Shown: positions 12,303 through 24,205 of the stretch, piece after piece
Numbering within the stretch: position 1 is the stretch's first letter
How the letters are laid out: each line of letters starts with the position of its first letter
NCBI RefSeq assembly: GCF_037042905.1
Contig: NC_087258.1
Location: 5,952,001 to 6,016,000 of the forward strand
Length of the DNA stretch: 64,000 bases
Direction: 5' to 3'
Source: Lytechinus pictus
Lineage: Eukaryota
Notes under the pieces: model-generated
The model's input: only the letters and a program-made list of their open reading frames with translations
What the model was told of the DNA's origin: nothing
The model's database searches: none
Program-made: the position numbers and the translations under genes

Positions 12303-13714
12303 TTAAACTAAATAACATGGTTTAGACCTTTTTACTGCAATTGAAAACTCGACATCTACAAATAATAATTAACATAATACTTCGAGATCAGAACAAAAGA
12401 AAGTAAAATATTTCAAAATAAAGAGTCCTGTTATGGAATGGATATGAACTAAGGTTGACATATATCTGTATACGATAAAGAAGATAACCACTAACATAAG
12501 CAACCTAGGTTTCGTGAAACAAAATGTGTTTTTATTTAGAAACTAGCAGCAATTATTGTAGCCTGTAAGTTTGCTGTACATTGTAATTATTGATTATTCT
12601 TGAAACCATCGAAATAATCACGAACATCAATTTGTAAAGTGTTCCCCTGAAATCTAGTGTGGTATCTTCTGCACTCCAAAAATAAATCAGTCAAATTGAC
12701 AAGATAAACAGTCAGCTGGATTCAACAAAATTGTGTCTATTCAGATTGTGTTCTCGTTAAGTAGTGAAATAACACTAACATTGCACAGTTCCTGGCAACT
12801 TTTTCATCTAGTATTATAACTAATGTTCTAGTGTTAAAGAGAGAGTGTGAGTGTGGGGTGTTTTTAAGGATGTGTGGTGTGTTTGTCTATCTTCGGGTGC
12901 GAGAGAACTAAGGAGGAATGGTGGGCCTCAATATTCGGAGTGGGATATATGTGTGTGCAGGGGTGTGTGGGGGTGTAGAGGCGTCGTTTTCTAACGGCTA
13001 TTATACATTTAATGAATTGTGTTAGACCTTCAACATGACTTTGCGAAAGTGTTCTCGAAATTGATGTGCTTATTTGCATGTATGTTCGGGATAATGGTTC
13101 CGAGTGATGAGTGGGTTTGTGTATGTCAATTAGCTTCTTTAGGCCTATTCTGTACGTGAGTGGGCTGTATAAACGGAGTGTGGAAGTGCGGGTGTGGATG
13201 GTGCGTGTGAGTGAGTGTGTTTAAGGGTGAAGATAATGGAGTGTATGTTCTCGAGTGTTAAAAATTGTGGGGTATGGATGGGGATATTTGATGTTAGTGT
13301 ATTAGAGAGTGGTTGTGTGTGTGCATGTGTGTGAGGAAGGGGGCTGCATCGAGCATGTCGAGTGTGTGCCTGTTGAGTTGTAGTGACTGTGTGCGTTCAC
13401 TGGCTATAACTGTGTAGAGTTATACTGGTTTTCATTTAAAGCAGGTCGGAAAAGGATAACTTACTTCATGCACAAAAAAATCATTATTAAAACTATTGTG
13501 GCCATCAAGCATCTGAACGAAAAAAAAAATGTTTTTTCTCATAACGATTTTAGTCCTATTTTGATCAAATAAATGAAAAAAATACCGTTTCTCACACTAA
13601 TTTGTCACTATTCGTTAGTAGAATCACGCGCACCGTACAGAGAGCTTTTATGAAAAACCCATCCCCCCCCCCCCGCCGTTTCATGGAGCTCTCCGTAAGT
13701 TGCTCATGAGTTTA

Positions 13715-15515
13715 TGCTTAGGTCACACGGCCACTTAAGGTTGCTTAAGGTAAGCATCCGTATCCATCTGTTATTCAATCCGCAGGATTCGCAGGCATAC
13801 GTAGATCCACAGCGGGTATTTTGAAAATCTCACAATTTAGTTGAGGATGAAATCTACGTGAGCATCCGCAAAAGATACGTTATCCATTCGTAAAATACGT
13901 AACTCATATGTAAGATACGTAACTGATCCGCACATTTAATCATCATCTATAAATATTGAAATTTTAATATGTTCAAATGGGCCTCATAACATTTATTTTT
14001 TTTTTACAAATCTGTGGCCTTTCGACACTTTCTTGGGGGCGAAGCCTTGTATTCATTTAAACCATCTGAAACCAACCTTTTTATATCCAATATTAAAATG
14101 AAAATAACGATAGGTTTTTTTGGTTTGTTTTGTTTTTCCCATAATTGTAAGGCGATTTAATACGGAAATATCACCATGGCACTGTATCACATATAGACAT
14201 ACATGTATTTACATATTTCACATTTCTGAAATATTTTATACTAAACACTTTCTTTGAAAAAAATGTTTCACATTAATGAAACTACCGAAACAGATATTCA
14301 TTGCATTTTTCTTGGCTATATCTGTCATATCTGCTACACCTGTCGAATGGAATTTTTTTGCAAAGAAAAATGTTAAAAAATATCAATTACCAAGACGAAA
14401 CTAGCATGAACAAGATAACAAAAGAATGTAAATCTATTTATAAAATATGTGTTGAAAAAATCTTGTTAAACTCCTATTTCACAAAACAAATGGAGGAATA
14501 TTGTTTCAAAAGCACTTGGGACAAAATTAATATGATTCCTTTTGAATACTTACAGAATATAACTCTTCATAATAACCTTGGTATTGACAAGCATCTGAAA
14601 ACTGTTAGTATATTAAATTCTGTTTTATGTTCTTTTTGTTCAAAACACTCTGAAAGCATTTCCCATTTATTTCGGGAATGCCACTTCACTCGTCGATGTA
14701 TGGATGATTTTGATAAATACACTCAATAGTGAAATAATGTTATTTTAATGAAATATGGCATACCAGGTAGAAATTATACTTCATTTAATTTTGATATTTC
14801 ATATTCTGTATTTTCTACTAGGTGTTTATCTATCAAAATATCAGCATGAGATAGAACGTGCTATGAACACGCAACAAAAAAGGTTTATTGTATATTTTGA
14901 TGGGTCGAGGCACATGAAGCTTATTTAAATCTTGTTTTTCTACTTTGTGTTGTCTATACATGTATAATATTGTTTGCAATATATGATATGCATTTTGCAT
15001 AAGATTACATGATTTGTGGAGAAAATTTAATAAAGACTTTCTTTGAAGAAAAAAAAACAACCTCTATATCTGCAAACGGGCTGTAAATATATCAAAGCAC
15101 ATTATGGTATACATTAATAAAAACAAAGTATTCTAGCTCTCAGACTTGATGAAATGCGACTGAAGTAAGTTCAGATCCGCGTGGGTTAATATGCGGATGG
15201 TGCGTTTCCCTGAGGACGCCGACGCTAAGCGCAGACACGAGCGTAACTTATCTGTGTCGTCTGTAACTCATCCGTATCGTCCGTAAATCAGCTATAAAAT
15301 CCTTTAGTCATCCGTAAGTCTTCCGTAGGTCATCTGTGACATGTGTCAGCGGGTTGGCAGGTTTTCCCCGCAACTAATCCGTATAGTCCACAGATAATGG
15401 GTAACTCTTGCTCAAATTTCCGTTATTGGTGGTATAAATTACGCGGGTTTTTTTTTCATTATCCAAATATACACAGGGATCTGCAGGTCCGTAACATGGC
15501 CGTGTGACCTAAGCA
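13715..15515. mobile_element. PIF/Harbinger-like non-autonomous element
   Basis: TIR tgcttaggtcacacggcca / tggccgtgtgacctaagca, with 3-bp flanks TTA and CTA. Subterminal atccgta/atccgca micro-repeats. Confidence 0.7.
14290..15060 (+). mobile_element. Decayed 3' fragment of an L1/Tx1-type LINE
   Basis: ORF 14301-14729 contains CSFCSKHSESISHLFRECHFT (zf-RVT-type C-terminal motif). Ends with aataaa plus an A-rich tail at about 15030-15060. Confidence 0.65.
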
Positions 15516-15998
15516 CTACACACAACTGGTGATCCTTTCTTGTGGTGAATGATGTATCCCAAATTTTAATTGGTGTTGAATTAGCTAAAAATAAATGGTC
15601 ACCAGTCGCGCGTAACCGTTCGTAATGGGATAACTTACTATGCTTAGGAAGAGCTTTATGAAACATCCCCTGGAAGGTGTTTCATATTGACTTTACGAAG
15701 GACTGGTGATTCTTTCTTAGGTGCTAAATCAACATCAATGAAAATTTGATATATAAGATTTATGATAAGAGAGGGTCACAAGCCATTCTTAAAGTCGCTT
15801 GTAACAACTTTTTAAAAACAAGATGTAATCATTTTCAAGTTACGAGACACCTTGGATGGAATGTAAATTTCCTAACGATTTAAACGGTATCTCCTTATTT
15901 CAGTATCTCTATGGAAAGAAAACAGCTGTTGATGCTTAGGCAAATTCAAGAGTATTCCCTTTAAAGAAAATTATGAAATAAAATAGAAGAGGACATAT

Positions 15999-16254
15999 AC
16001 CGTGTTTACACAGTGACTCGGCTCGGGGGTTCGACACGCGAGCCGTCCTCAACAGGACAATGTGATCGCGTTTATACTGAAACCAAAAAAAAAAAGACGA
16101 GTTCGACACGGCCCGCGGGTTGACATCTACGATTTTGGCGGATCAAAAAGCCGTGTTCGCGGATCCCACTGATCGCGTTTACACAACATAAAATTGCCGT
16201 GTTGAGCACGACTCGCGTGTCGAACCCCGAGCCGAGTCACTGTGTAAACACGGT
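15999..16254. mobile_element. Palindromic MITE, Harbinger-like
   Basis: TIRs of about 44 bp: accgtgtttacacagtgactcggctcgggg...cgacacgcgag / ctcgcgtgtcgaaccccgagccgagtcactgtgtaaacacggt. Confidence 0.8.
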
Positions 16255-17576
16255 GAAATAGACCTACGAGGCATCAAACATGTCAAAAGCACGATATAAA
16301 TCAACGATACACATGAGAATTATGGATGAAATACAACCACTCCCAGAGGTGCGTTGACACTTAAATTTTCTTTAACTTAGTGATGGGAGTAGGAGCCATA
16401 CATAATGCCAGACACCATCTGCCAATTATTAACATGAACGAAACACTTTGCTCAATTGAGCTCAAGGTGCAGTCATTAAATAATACATCGTCATTGATCT
16501 GGGGTTCCTGAAGAACTGTGACATAACTAAAGAGTACTGTGCATTTTAATTGCCCTTTTTGTGAGTTAGAATAACTCAACCATATAGTGTTTAAATGTCA
16601 CATAAATAGTTTAGGTATCGCAACATTCAGGTAATTGTAACTTAACTTGCATGCTTCAAAGCATTACATTTTTTTAAATAGCTTTGAGTCTATCGATATT
16701 TAAGAGTATAACAATCTGAGACAGACATAAGGGACTTTGCTCAGACATGACATACAATATACATTTTAAAGTGAATCAAGAGGTATATATTCGAACCCTA
16801 GAATTTATAGAGGTCTTCATGGATGGTGATGTACGATTCAAGGAAGACATTGTAACACTTAAAAACCAGCAGCGCCATAAATAGAGACATTATTTTGATT
16901 ACACATTCTCTGGTGGACTTTTACAGAAGGATGTCATGATTTGTGTTAAAGGGGGGAAGATGGCGGAGTGAAATTAGAGCATGCGAAAAAGAACACGCTG
17001 ACTACCTATTATTCCTTTTGAAAGTCGTTATTTGGGAGGGTGGAATCTACATCCTGTCAACAGCGATTAAGTTTTTGAAAGCACTACATAGACGCCTTCT
17101 GGAACGCTGAAAATCTATTGTCAAAAGCCCGTCATGAGAAATCTTTGTCAAAGATCGGTGAATCAAAACAGCAGTGTTGTCTTGGACTATGGACAGACGA
17201 TTTTTTTTTTTAATTTAGAATTTAACGACGATCAGCTGTCCCGGTACACCAATTTTCGACAAAGACATCTCAGATGCTCATTATGATTTGAATGGCATTT
17301 TCAATAGATTTACTTTGTCGCTAATGATTTCCTAGCAAATGCAGAACAAAAAAACCCACATTCGTACGGGGTATATACAGCTGCAGGGGTACCGCTTTGT
17401 TCGATAACTATTGAATAGTTGAAATCCGGGCGCTGCTGTAGAATGAATTTGATCATAGGGTCTATTTGACTTTTCAATCGAAATAATTGGAAAATTTGAA
17501 ATAAAAAATGTATCGCAGTTTCCAAGCGAAGTAGAATTACACAAACCCAACGATATGGCACAACTTAAAATATTTC

Positions 17577-17844
17577 CATTTATATAGCGCAGTTACAATG
17601 TGCATATACTCAACTGCGCTTTGGTATCACTTATTACCCCGGCTGTAGCTGAGCCGCCATATTAATAGGCGCTAAAGCGTTCAAGGAATAAATCTTACCG
17701 GGTAACCATTCACCCCACCTCGGTCGAGTGTGGCACAATGTGGATAAATTTCTTGCCGAAGAAATTTACGCCATGGCTGGGATTCGAACCCACGACCCTC
17801 TGTTTCAAAGTCCGGAGACTAATCCACTGGGTCACAATGCTCCA
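17577..17844 (-). mobile_element. tRNA-derived SINE (family A)
   Basis: On the minus strand: A-box (tgacccagtgg), B-box (ggttcgaatccc), body and an L2/CR1-like tail. Homologous to 51745-52035. Confidence 0.9.
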
Positions 17845-18248
17845 TACATTCTACGTGTATGATAACCCTCTAAATCAATATCTGTTCTCCGTTTTTCTTC
17901 TTTTCTCTTTAGATAACCACAGTAATGTTGTCGATTGAATTGAAGGACGTTTGCTATCACAAACCAATCTACTGTGGACATAAATGATTTACATGTATAT
18001 ACATTAGCTTTACTTTAAACAAACAAAAAGAAACGTTTAAACACTAAACAATGCAGTTCGTCACATAAGTTATGATCTTTAGCATTTTGAATATTAAGAG
18101 GGTTCGTCCCGGTATTTAATTGCACTCCTATAAAAACAAAAGTAGAGAAGAGGTTCAATTTCGGCAGAAAGGCATCCTTCAATAATGATTGCATGACAAT
18201 ATGGCAACGTTTCGTCTGTCCCCACTACTAAAACATTTCTCTTTTAGA

Positions 18249-19133
18249 CAGAGGCGTCGATCCTGGGGGGCAGGGGGGGGGGGCGATCGCCCCACCAATG
18301 AAAATATTGGGGGGCAAACATATCGTTTTGCCCCCCCCCCCCAATAATTCCGGATGTGCAAAAATAAAATAAAATTGTAATGTTCAGCAGTCGAGATTGA
18401 GATACACAAATCGTTCTTTATTTCAAATCGTGCTCAAAATGTCCGCTTTTCATATTGGAATATAAAAATGTTCAGCTCGCGCTTCGCGCTCGCATCATTT
18501 CTGTAGCAAAAACCCATACTTTTCAAGATTAAATAGCTGAATAGAATGTCCCGTTTTCAGTTATAAACCTCAAAAGAACTCCTGCTTCGATTTGCAATAA
18601 TCTTTTGTTGCATATATATCTTGTGTTTTTTTTTATAAAAAAATGTCCATTAAACTGTCATTTTTTTTCAGATCGAAAATATCAAAATTTTCAGCTCGCG
18701 CTTCGCGCTCGCATCTATTGTCATTTTAGATGCCAATCTTAATCAATGGTACCAAAAATGCTTAGAATATCAAGCTTTCAGGTCAGAATATAAAGAAATT
18801 TCAGCTCGCTCTCGGCACTCGCATTATCTGTTTAGTGAGATATGTATCCTCCTCATGAGTTATTACAAACAGGTACGCTTTTCCTGTTCTAAGGTCAGTA
18901 TACTAAAAAATTAATTTGTTGGTGAGATACGTGTCTGTATATCATGAGTCATATATATATAATAATAATAATAATATAGGGTATTTATATTGCGCACATA
19001 TCCACCTTGTTAGGTGCTCAAGGCGCTCCTATATTACCCGGCTAAGCTAGGCGTTCATAGCGCACACATCTTTTTAAGGAATTACTTCCTACCGGTACCC
19101 ATTTACCTCACCTGGGTTGAGTGCATATACATA

Positions 19134-19189
<56 letters not shown>

Positions 19190-19291
19190 GGTTGGTGTGT
19201 GTGCGGGTGCTTTGTACGATCGAGCACCTTTGGAACGTTGATTCATGATTTGCCCCCCCCCCCCAATCTGAAAAATGGATCGACGCCCCTG
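18249..19291. mobile_element. hAT-type non-autonomous element with an 8-bp TSD
   Basis: CTTTTAGA|cagaggcgtcgatcc ... ggatcgacgcccctg|CTTTTAGA. Internal cagctcgcgcttcgcgctcgcat repeats. Carries a partial family-A SINE (about 18960-19125) and an (AT)n tract. Confidence 0.9.
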
Positions 19292-19326
19292 CTTTTAGAT
19301 CAAGCAAACAATCAATGGTTATGACA

Positions 19327-20676
19327 ACAAGTGGAGCGCCTCTGGCAATTTCGCCTGCATTACGCGATTCAATACAGCAGCAGTGCTGAGTTTGAAAACG
19401 ACTATAGAATAATCATTCACAAAAAACACCATTCATACGATGATAAAATAATATGTTCACTGATCCTAAATGACATTTGACCTTGATCTTGTGATCAAAG
19501 GCCTGTGCAAAACGATCAGTGATACTTGATTACCCTTATTTCCACAGTTCATGAACTAGATCCATAACATTTCAAAGTTATGATGGCAGTTCAACAAACA
19601 CCCCCCACACACACCCCAAAGTTCATTGACCTTGGTCATGTGACCTGAAAAGCAGGATTTTTGCTGATGCTTGAATACTCTTATGTCCAAGTTTCAGGAA
19701 CCTGGGCCCGTATTCCATAAACGAGATACGGGCCCAGATCCATAAACTTTCAAAGTTATGATATTAAAAAAAAAACTTGACCTTGGTTAAGATTTTGTTT
19801 TGATTCCCCCAAAATAATCTAAGTTCATTGACCCTAAATGACCTTTGACCTTGGTTATGTGACCTGAAACTCAGGTAGAGTATTTAGTAATAATTGATTA
19901 CTCCTATGTCCAAGTTTCAGGAACCAGATTCATAAACATTCAAAGTTATGATTTTATAAAAAAAAACTTAACCTTGGTTAAGTTTTTTTTGTTTTGATTC
20001 CCCAACATAATGTAAGTTCATTGACCCTAAATGACCTTTGACCTTGATTATGTGACCTGAAACTCAGGTAGAGTATTTAGTAATAATTGATTACTCCTAT
20101 GTCCAAGTTTCAGGAACCAGATTCATAAACATTCAAAGTTATGATTTTATAAAAAAAAACTTAACCTTGGTTAAGCTTTCGTTTTGATTCCCCCTCAATA
20201 ATCTAAGTTCATTGACCTTAAATGACCTTTGCCATGTGCCCTGAAACTCAGGCAGGGTGTTCAGTAATACTTGTTGACTTGGTTACCCTTATGTCCAAGT
20301 TTTATGAACTAGGCCCATATAATTTCTAAGTTATGATGACATTTCAAAAACTTAACCTTCGGTTAAGATTATGATATTGATTCCTCCAACATGATCTAAG
20401 TTCATTGTCCCTAAACATTCTAAATGGCCTTTAACCTTGGTCGTGTTATACCCAAATCTGGCAAAATTTTAGTAATATTGATAACCATTATGTTAAAGTT
20501 TTATGAACTAGACCCATATACGTGTAGGCATACTTTTTAAGTATGATGACATTTCAAAAACTTAACCTTCGGTTAAGATTTTATGTTGACGACGCCGCCG
20601 TCGTAACCGCCGCTGTCAGAAAAGCGGCGCCTATCATAATAGACCTGCTATCATGGCTATGCAGGCGAGACAAAAA
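19327..20676 (-). mobile_element. Helentron/Helitron2-type non-autonomous element (HINE-like) carrying a satellite array with a unit of about 190 bp
   Basis: Short subterminal inverted repeats tcgcctgcat / atgcaggcga near both ends. The minus strand begins ttttgtctcgcc and ends cacttgtt. About six copies of aagttcattgaccctaaatgacctttgaccttgg (at about 19453, 19619, 19821, 20014, 20205, 20398). Confidence 0.7.
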
Positions 20677-21101
20677 TGTGTGTTTATTTGTGGGCGTGTA
20701 AATGATGAGCGTCGTTATATGAAAATATACCGGGTTTATTGCAATCACAATACCACTGAATAGATTGTACAGTTATAATATTGATTTAATAATATCGAAA
20801 TTCATATCATGATACATATCGATTACATTCCTGACATTTTGAAACCTTCCCCAACTGTTGTCTGCCGTTGTCGTGAATATTGAATTTCTTTCTTTTTTCA
20901 AGGGGCTGAATTTCACTTAACATTTATAATCATGGAACTGATATCTTAGCATTTCAAAATTACTAAATAAAAAAAATATATATATATTTGCCAATATTAT
21001 AATAAAATAATATATCATAATACAAAGCCAATTTCTAACATGACTAGTTTTTTTTTTTCTCCCACTGGTGCCTGTACGGAAAATAAGCTATTTAAAATTG
21101 G

Positions 21102-21136
<35 letters not shown>

Positions 21137-21299
21137 ACACTGAAGTTAAAAGCAAGTCTGGTTTTAACAAATTTTTTTAATAAAACCAGTAAACTGTTTG
21201 AAAAAAAAATCCCTTTTCATTATACATGAATTTGAATTAAAAGACAAGATGCTATAGAAATACTATAATATTGGTAATAGAAATAAACAAAGGGAATCC

Positions 21300-21510
21300 G
21301 CAAGAAATTTATCCACATTGTGCTGCACTCAACCCAGGTTGGGTGAATGGGTACCAGGTAGGAAGAAATTATTTGAATGCTTGACCGCCTAGGTAGCCCA
21401 GCTAAAGCCGGGGTGATAATTATAGCAGGGCTCAATGGGAAAACAGTTTTCAGAACTGAAGTTGCTTCCCTGGGTAAATATACCTATATTATCATCATTA
21501 TTATTAATAT
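21300..21510 (+). mobile_element. 5'-truncated family-A SINE
   Basis: aagaaatttatccacattgtgctgcactcaacccagg...aatgggtacc matches the body of 51745-52035. Confidence 0.75.
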
Positions 21511-24024
21511 GTAAATTTTATTCATGGTACAATTATTTTCAAATGATAGAATTAATTCACATTCAAATCATGACATTTATAATCTAACATCATACTCGGG
21601 TTGTTTACAATACACATCCACAATTTAAAGTATGTGTTAGCATTTACGACAGATACAAATAAAGTTCGTGATGACTACAAATTTAAATTTCGATCGGAAG
21701 TTAACAATTTTCTTTTTGTTTTAATCAACAGTAATATTGACGGAAAATTGACCTGTTTCTCTTCAAGTAAAGTAAAGTTCAGCATTTCATAAACCGTTAT
21801 TTTCAGTGATTTCCATTGACAAGTCTGCTGGTCTCAGCGACTCAGCCAATCAGATGCAATGATTGTGGTATTAAGAATCACTGACAATGTACCTCGTGAA
21901 AAGCCCACAAGGGTGGAATTCCCCCAAGACACAAACAAGAATAAGACCGCGATAAAGTCTCTTCAAAAGAAATGTCAACATCGACTGGTCCGTTGTCTTA
22001 AGGTATAATGATGTTAATCACTGATACTGGGAAACTCTAAAGACGTATCACAATTACCTCCTCGATAAAATCGATCAATCAATCTTGATTTATTTACCAA
22101 CCAACTTTGCCCCCTTTCCCGAAATCAGATTATAATTTGTCAGCGAAGCCACATAATTATGAACATTCCCTGGAATTTTTTTTTGAACATGTTGAATAGT
22201 ATCGTTCATGTAACATATGTGAGGGGTCAAAAGTGTTAAGGGGATCAAAGCAAGTTGCTGAAAATAATTTGTTGTCGACCTGTACAATTTAATTGCATAT
22301 ATTTGTGTGCTAAACAGTTGGTACATGTGCCTCTACATTATATACCTCCTGAAACACAGGGGCACTATTAAAGGGGAAGTTCACTTGAATGATAAAGGTG
22401 TTCTGATAAAAAGTAGAAAATATACAGAAAAAATTGGGAAAGTTTTGACAACCACCAATCAAGGAATAAGAAAGTTGAGATTTTGTGACGCGTTGTGCGA
22501 GCAGGGATCCAATGTCATTCGCTTGTACTATGTTTTCAAGTAATGTCAAACTCAGTTCTTACATACAGTTATTCTGTGAGGAGCTCGTGTTCATATATAT
22601 CACTAAATCTATAAAGCCCAATATATTTTATATTTCAAACTAAAAAAAAAAAAAAAAAATTGTTTGTGTATCACATTATCGGTTCCCACATTTCAATCAT
22701 GCCCAGGTTGTTTTCCATAACGTCGATGACGTGTATTGAACATGTTCAATATAATTGTCTGTGAAAATTTTCAAATGCCATAACTTCCTTTATTTTACAT
22801 CAAATTTTGAGGAAATTGTCTGCTAAATCTAAATTCGTGTACTATTGCACCACACAAAAAAATGTCCAAATCTATTCAAACCATGATGGTTTGAGAACAC
22901 CAAATTGCAAGGCAAGTGCCGCTTTAGAAATGCCCATGATATACGGGAAGGGGGGCGAACGTAAACTTGGTCAATATCTCATGCAATTACTCATTTGGTG
23001 ATGAAAGAAATAGATGTGTTTGGGGGAACGCTCTGCGATTTACCCAACGTGCCCTCACATAATTGTCATCCGTAGCGGCGCGCCGCGGCGGCAGAAGACC
23101 CCAGAATTTTTTTAAACTGACATATTTTTACTGAAAATTTTCACAATATTTACCAATAATGTGCACAAAATCATTAAAAAGTATGCCAATCTAATGTGAA
23201 TAATGTGTTTATTGATGATTTTAAAAAAATATAGATAAATATATATATATATTTTAAATCACTTTGGGAAATGTAAAAGCGCCCCAATGACAAGCTCGGT
23301 CGCTTCGATCCCTCGCTTTTTCTTCGAAAGTCTGAACGTGTCCTTCCCACCGGAAATATTCTGCATACGACCATGCCTTTCAAATTTAATATAATGTTGA
23401 TATTCCGGGTGCTCCTGAACTCTGAAAATCTCGGACCATGCAGTCGATCGCGATCATCCCTGGGGCAAGTTGCAAAAAGAGTTGCAAAAACGCAATTCAA
23501 TGAATCAAGTGCAAGTCCCTAATGCGCGCATTTCATTGGTTGAAAGTCAAGTTCCATTCGAATTTTGGAGTTGCCTTTAATCATGTTAATCGCAATTCTG
23601 CAAAGGGATCCTGAACTCCTTGAATCTGATTGACATTCATGATGGTATGTTCTCTGTGATACAGTCACACCAACGAAATAGTATCCAGACCGATCAAAGC
23701 TATTACGTTATATTGAATGGCATATCATCGGTCGGTTTGGCGATTGCTCTGTTCGTGTGACTAGAATAGGCATTATCATAATATGATAACTTATTAGATT
23801 CATATAGGCCAACATTAACTGCTGATTGATTTTTTTATTTGTTCTTTGCACTAATCAAACCATCACTATCAGTCCTTCAGTCGTGAGTAATTAAGATAAT
23901 TTCGATATACTAATTGAATCCGGCATTGAATCATGAGAGTGAGAGCACATTTGAATACAATAACTATAAAAGTCTATAATACAAATATCGAATGTATTAA
24001 TCTAATTAAAGACCGAAATTCACA

Positions 24025-24205
24025 ACTGGGCGTTGTGGCGTGCGCCTGTAATCCAAGCTGTGGGGAGGTAACAAATTGATACAGAGGTTTGAGGTTCGAG
24101 CCCTGGTCACGTCTTTTGGGTGGTAACGTTAAAGGTCGGTCCCAGACGTAAATATTCATATCTGATTGACACACGTCTGACAAAACTCAAATACACACAC
24201 ACACA
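24025..24205 (+). mobile_element. 7SL (Alu-domain)-headed SINE-like element
   Basis: ACTGGGCGTTGTGGCGTGCGCCTGTAATCCAAGCTGTGGGGAGG aligns with the SRP RNA/Alu 5' end GCCGGGCGCGGTGGCGCGTGCCTGTAGTCCCAGCTACTCGGGAGG. It is followed by a B-box (ggttcgagccc), a SINE-body motif (acgttaaaggtcggtccc) and an (AC)n tail. Confidence 0.75.

Larger units (their letters stand above)
13675..15672. mobile_element. Small MITE (ccgtttcat...ttatgaaac family) split by the Harbinger-like insertion
   Basis: The two halves join into a copy resembling 45013-45140 (gccgtttcataaagctgttcgtaagtt...actggtgatcctttct). Confidence 0.6.

Noticed and set aside
24025-24070. Genuine 7SL gene, or human Alu contamination
   Set aside because: Similarity stops after about 45 nt, with no S domain and no Alu dimer or poly(A). 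It is embedded in ordinary flanking sequence.
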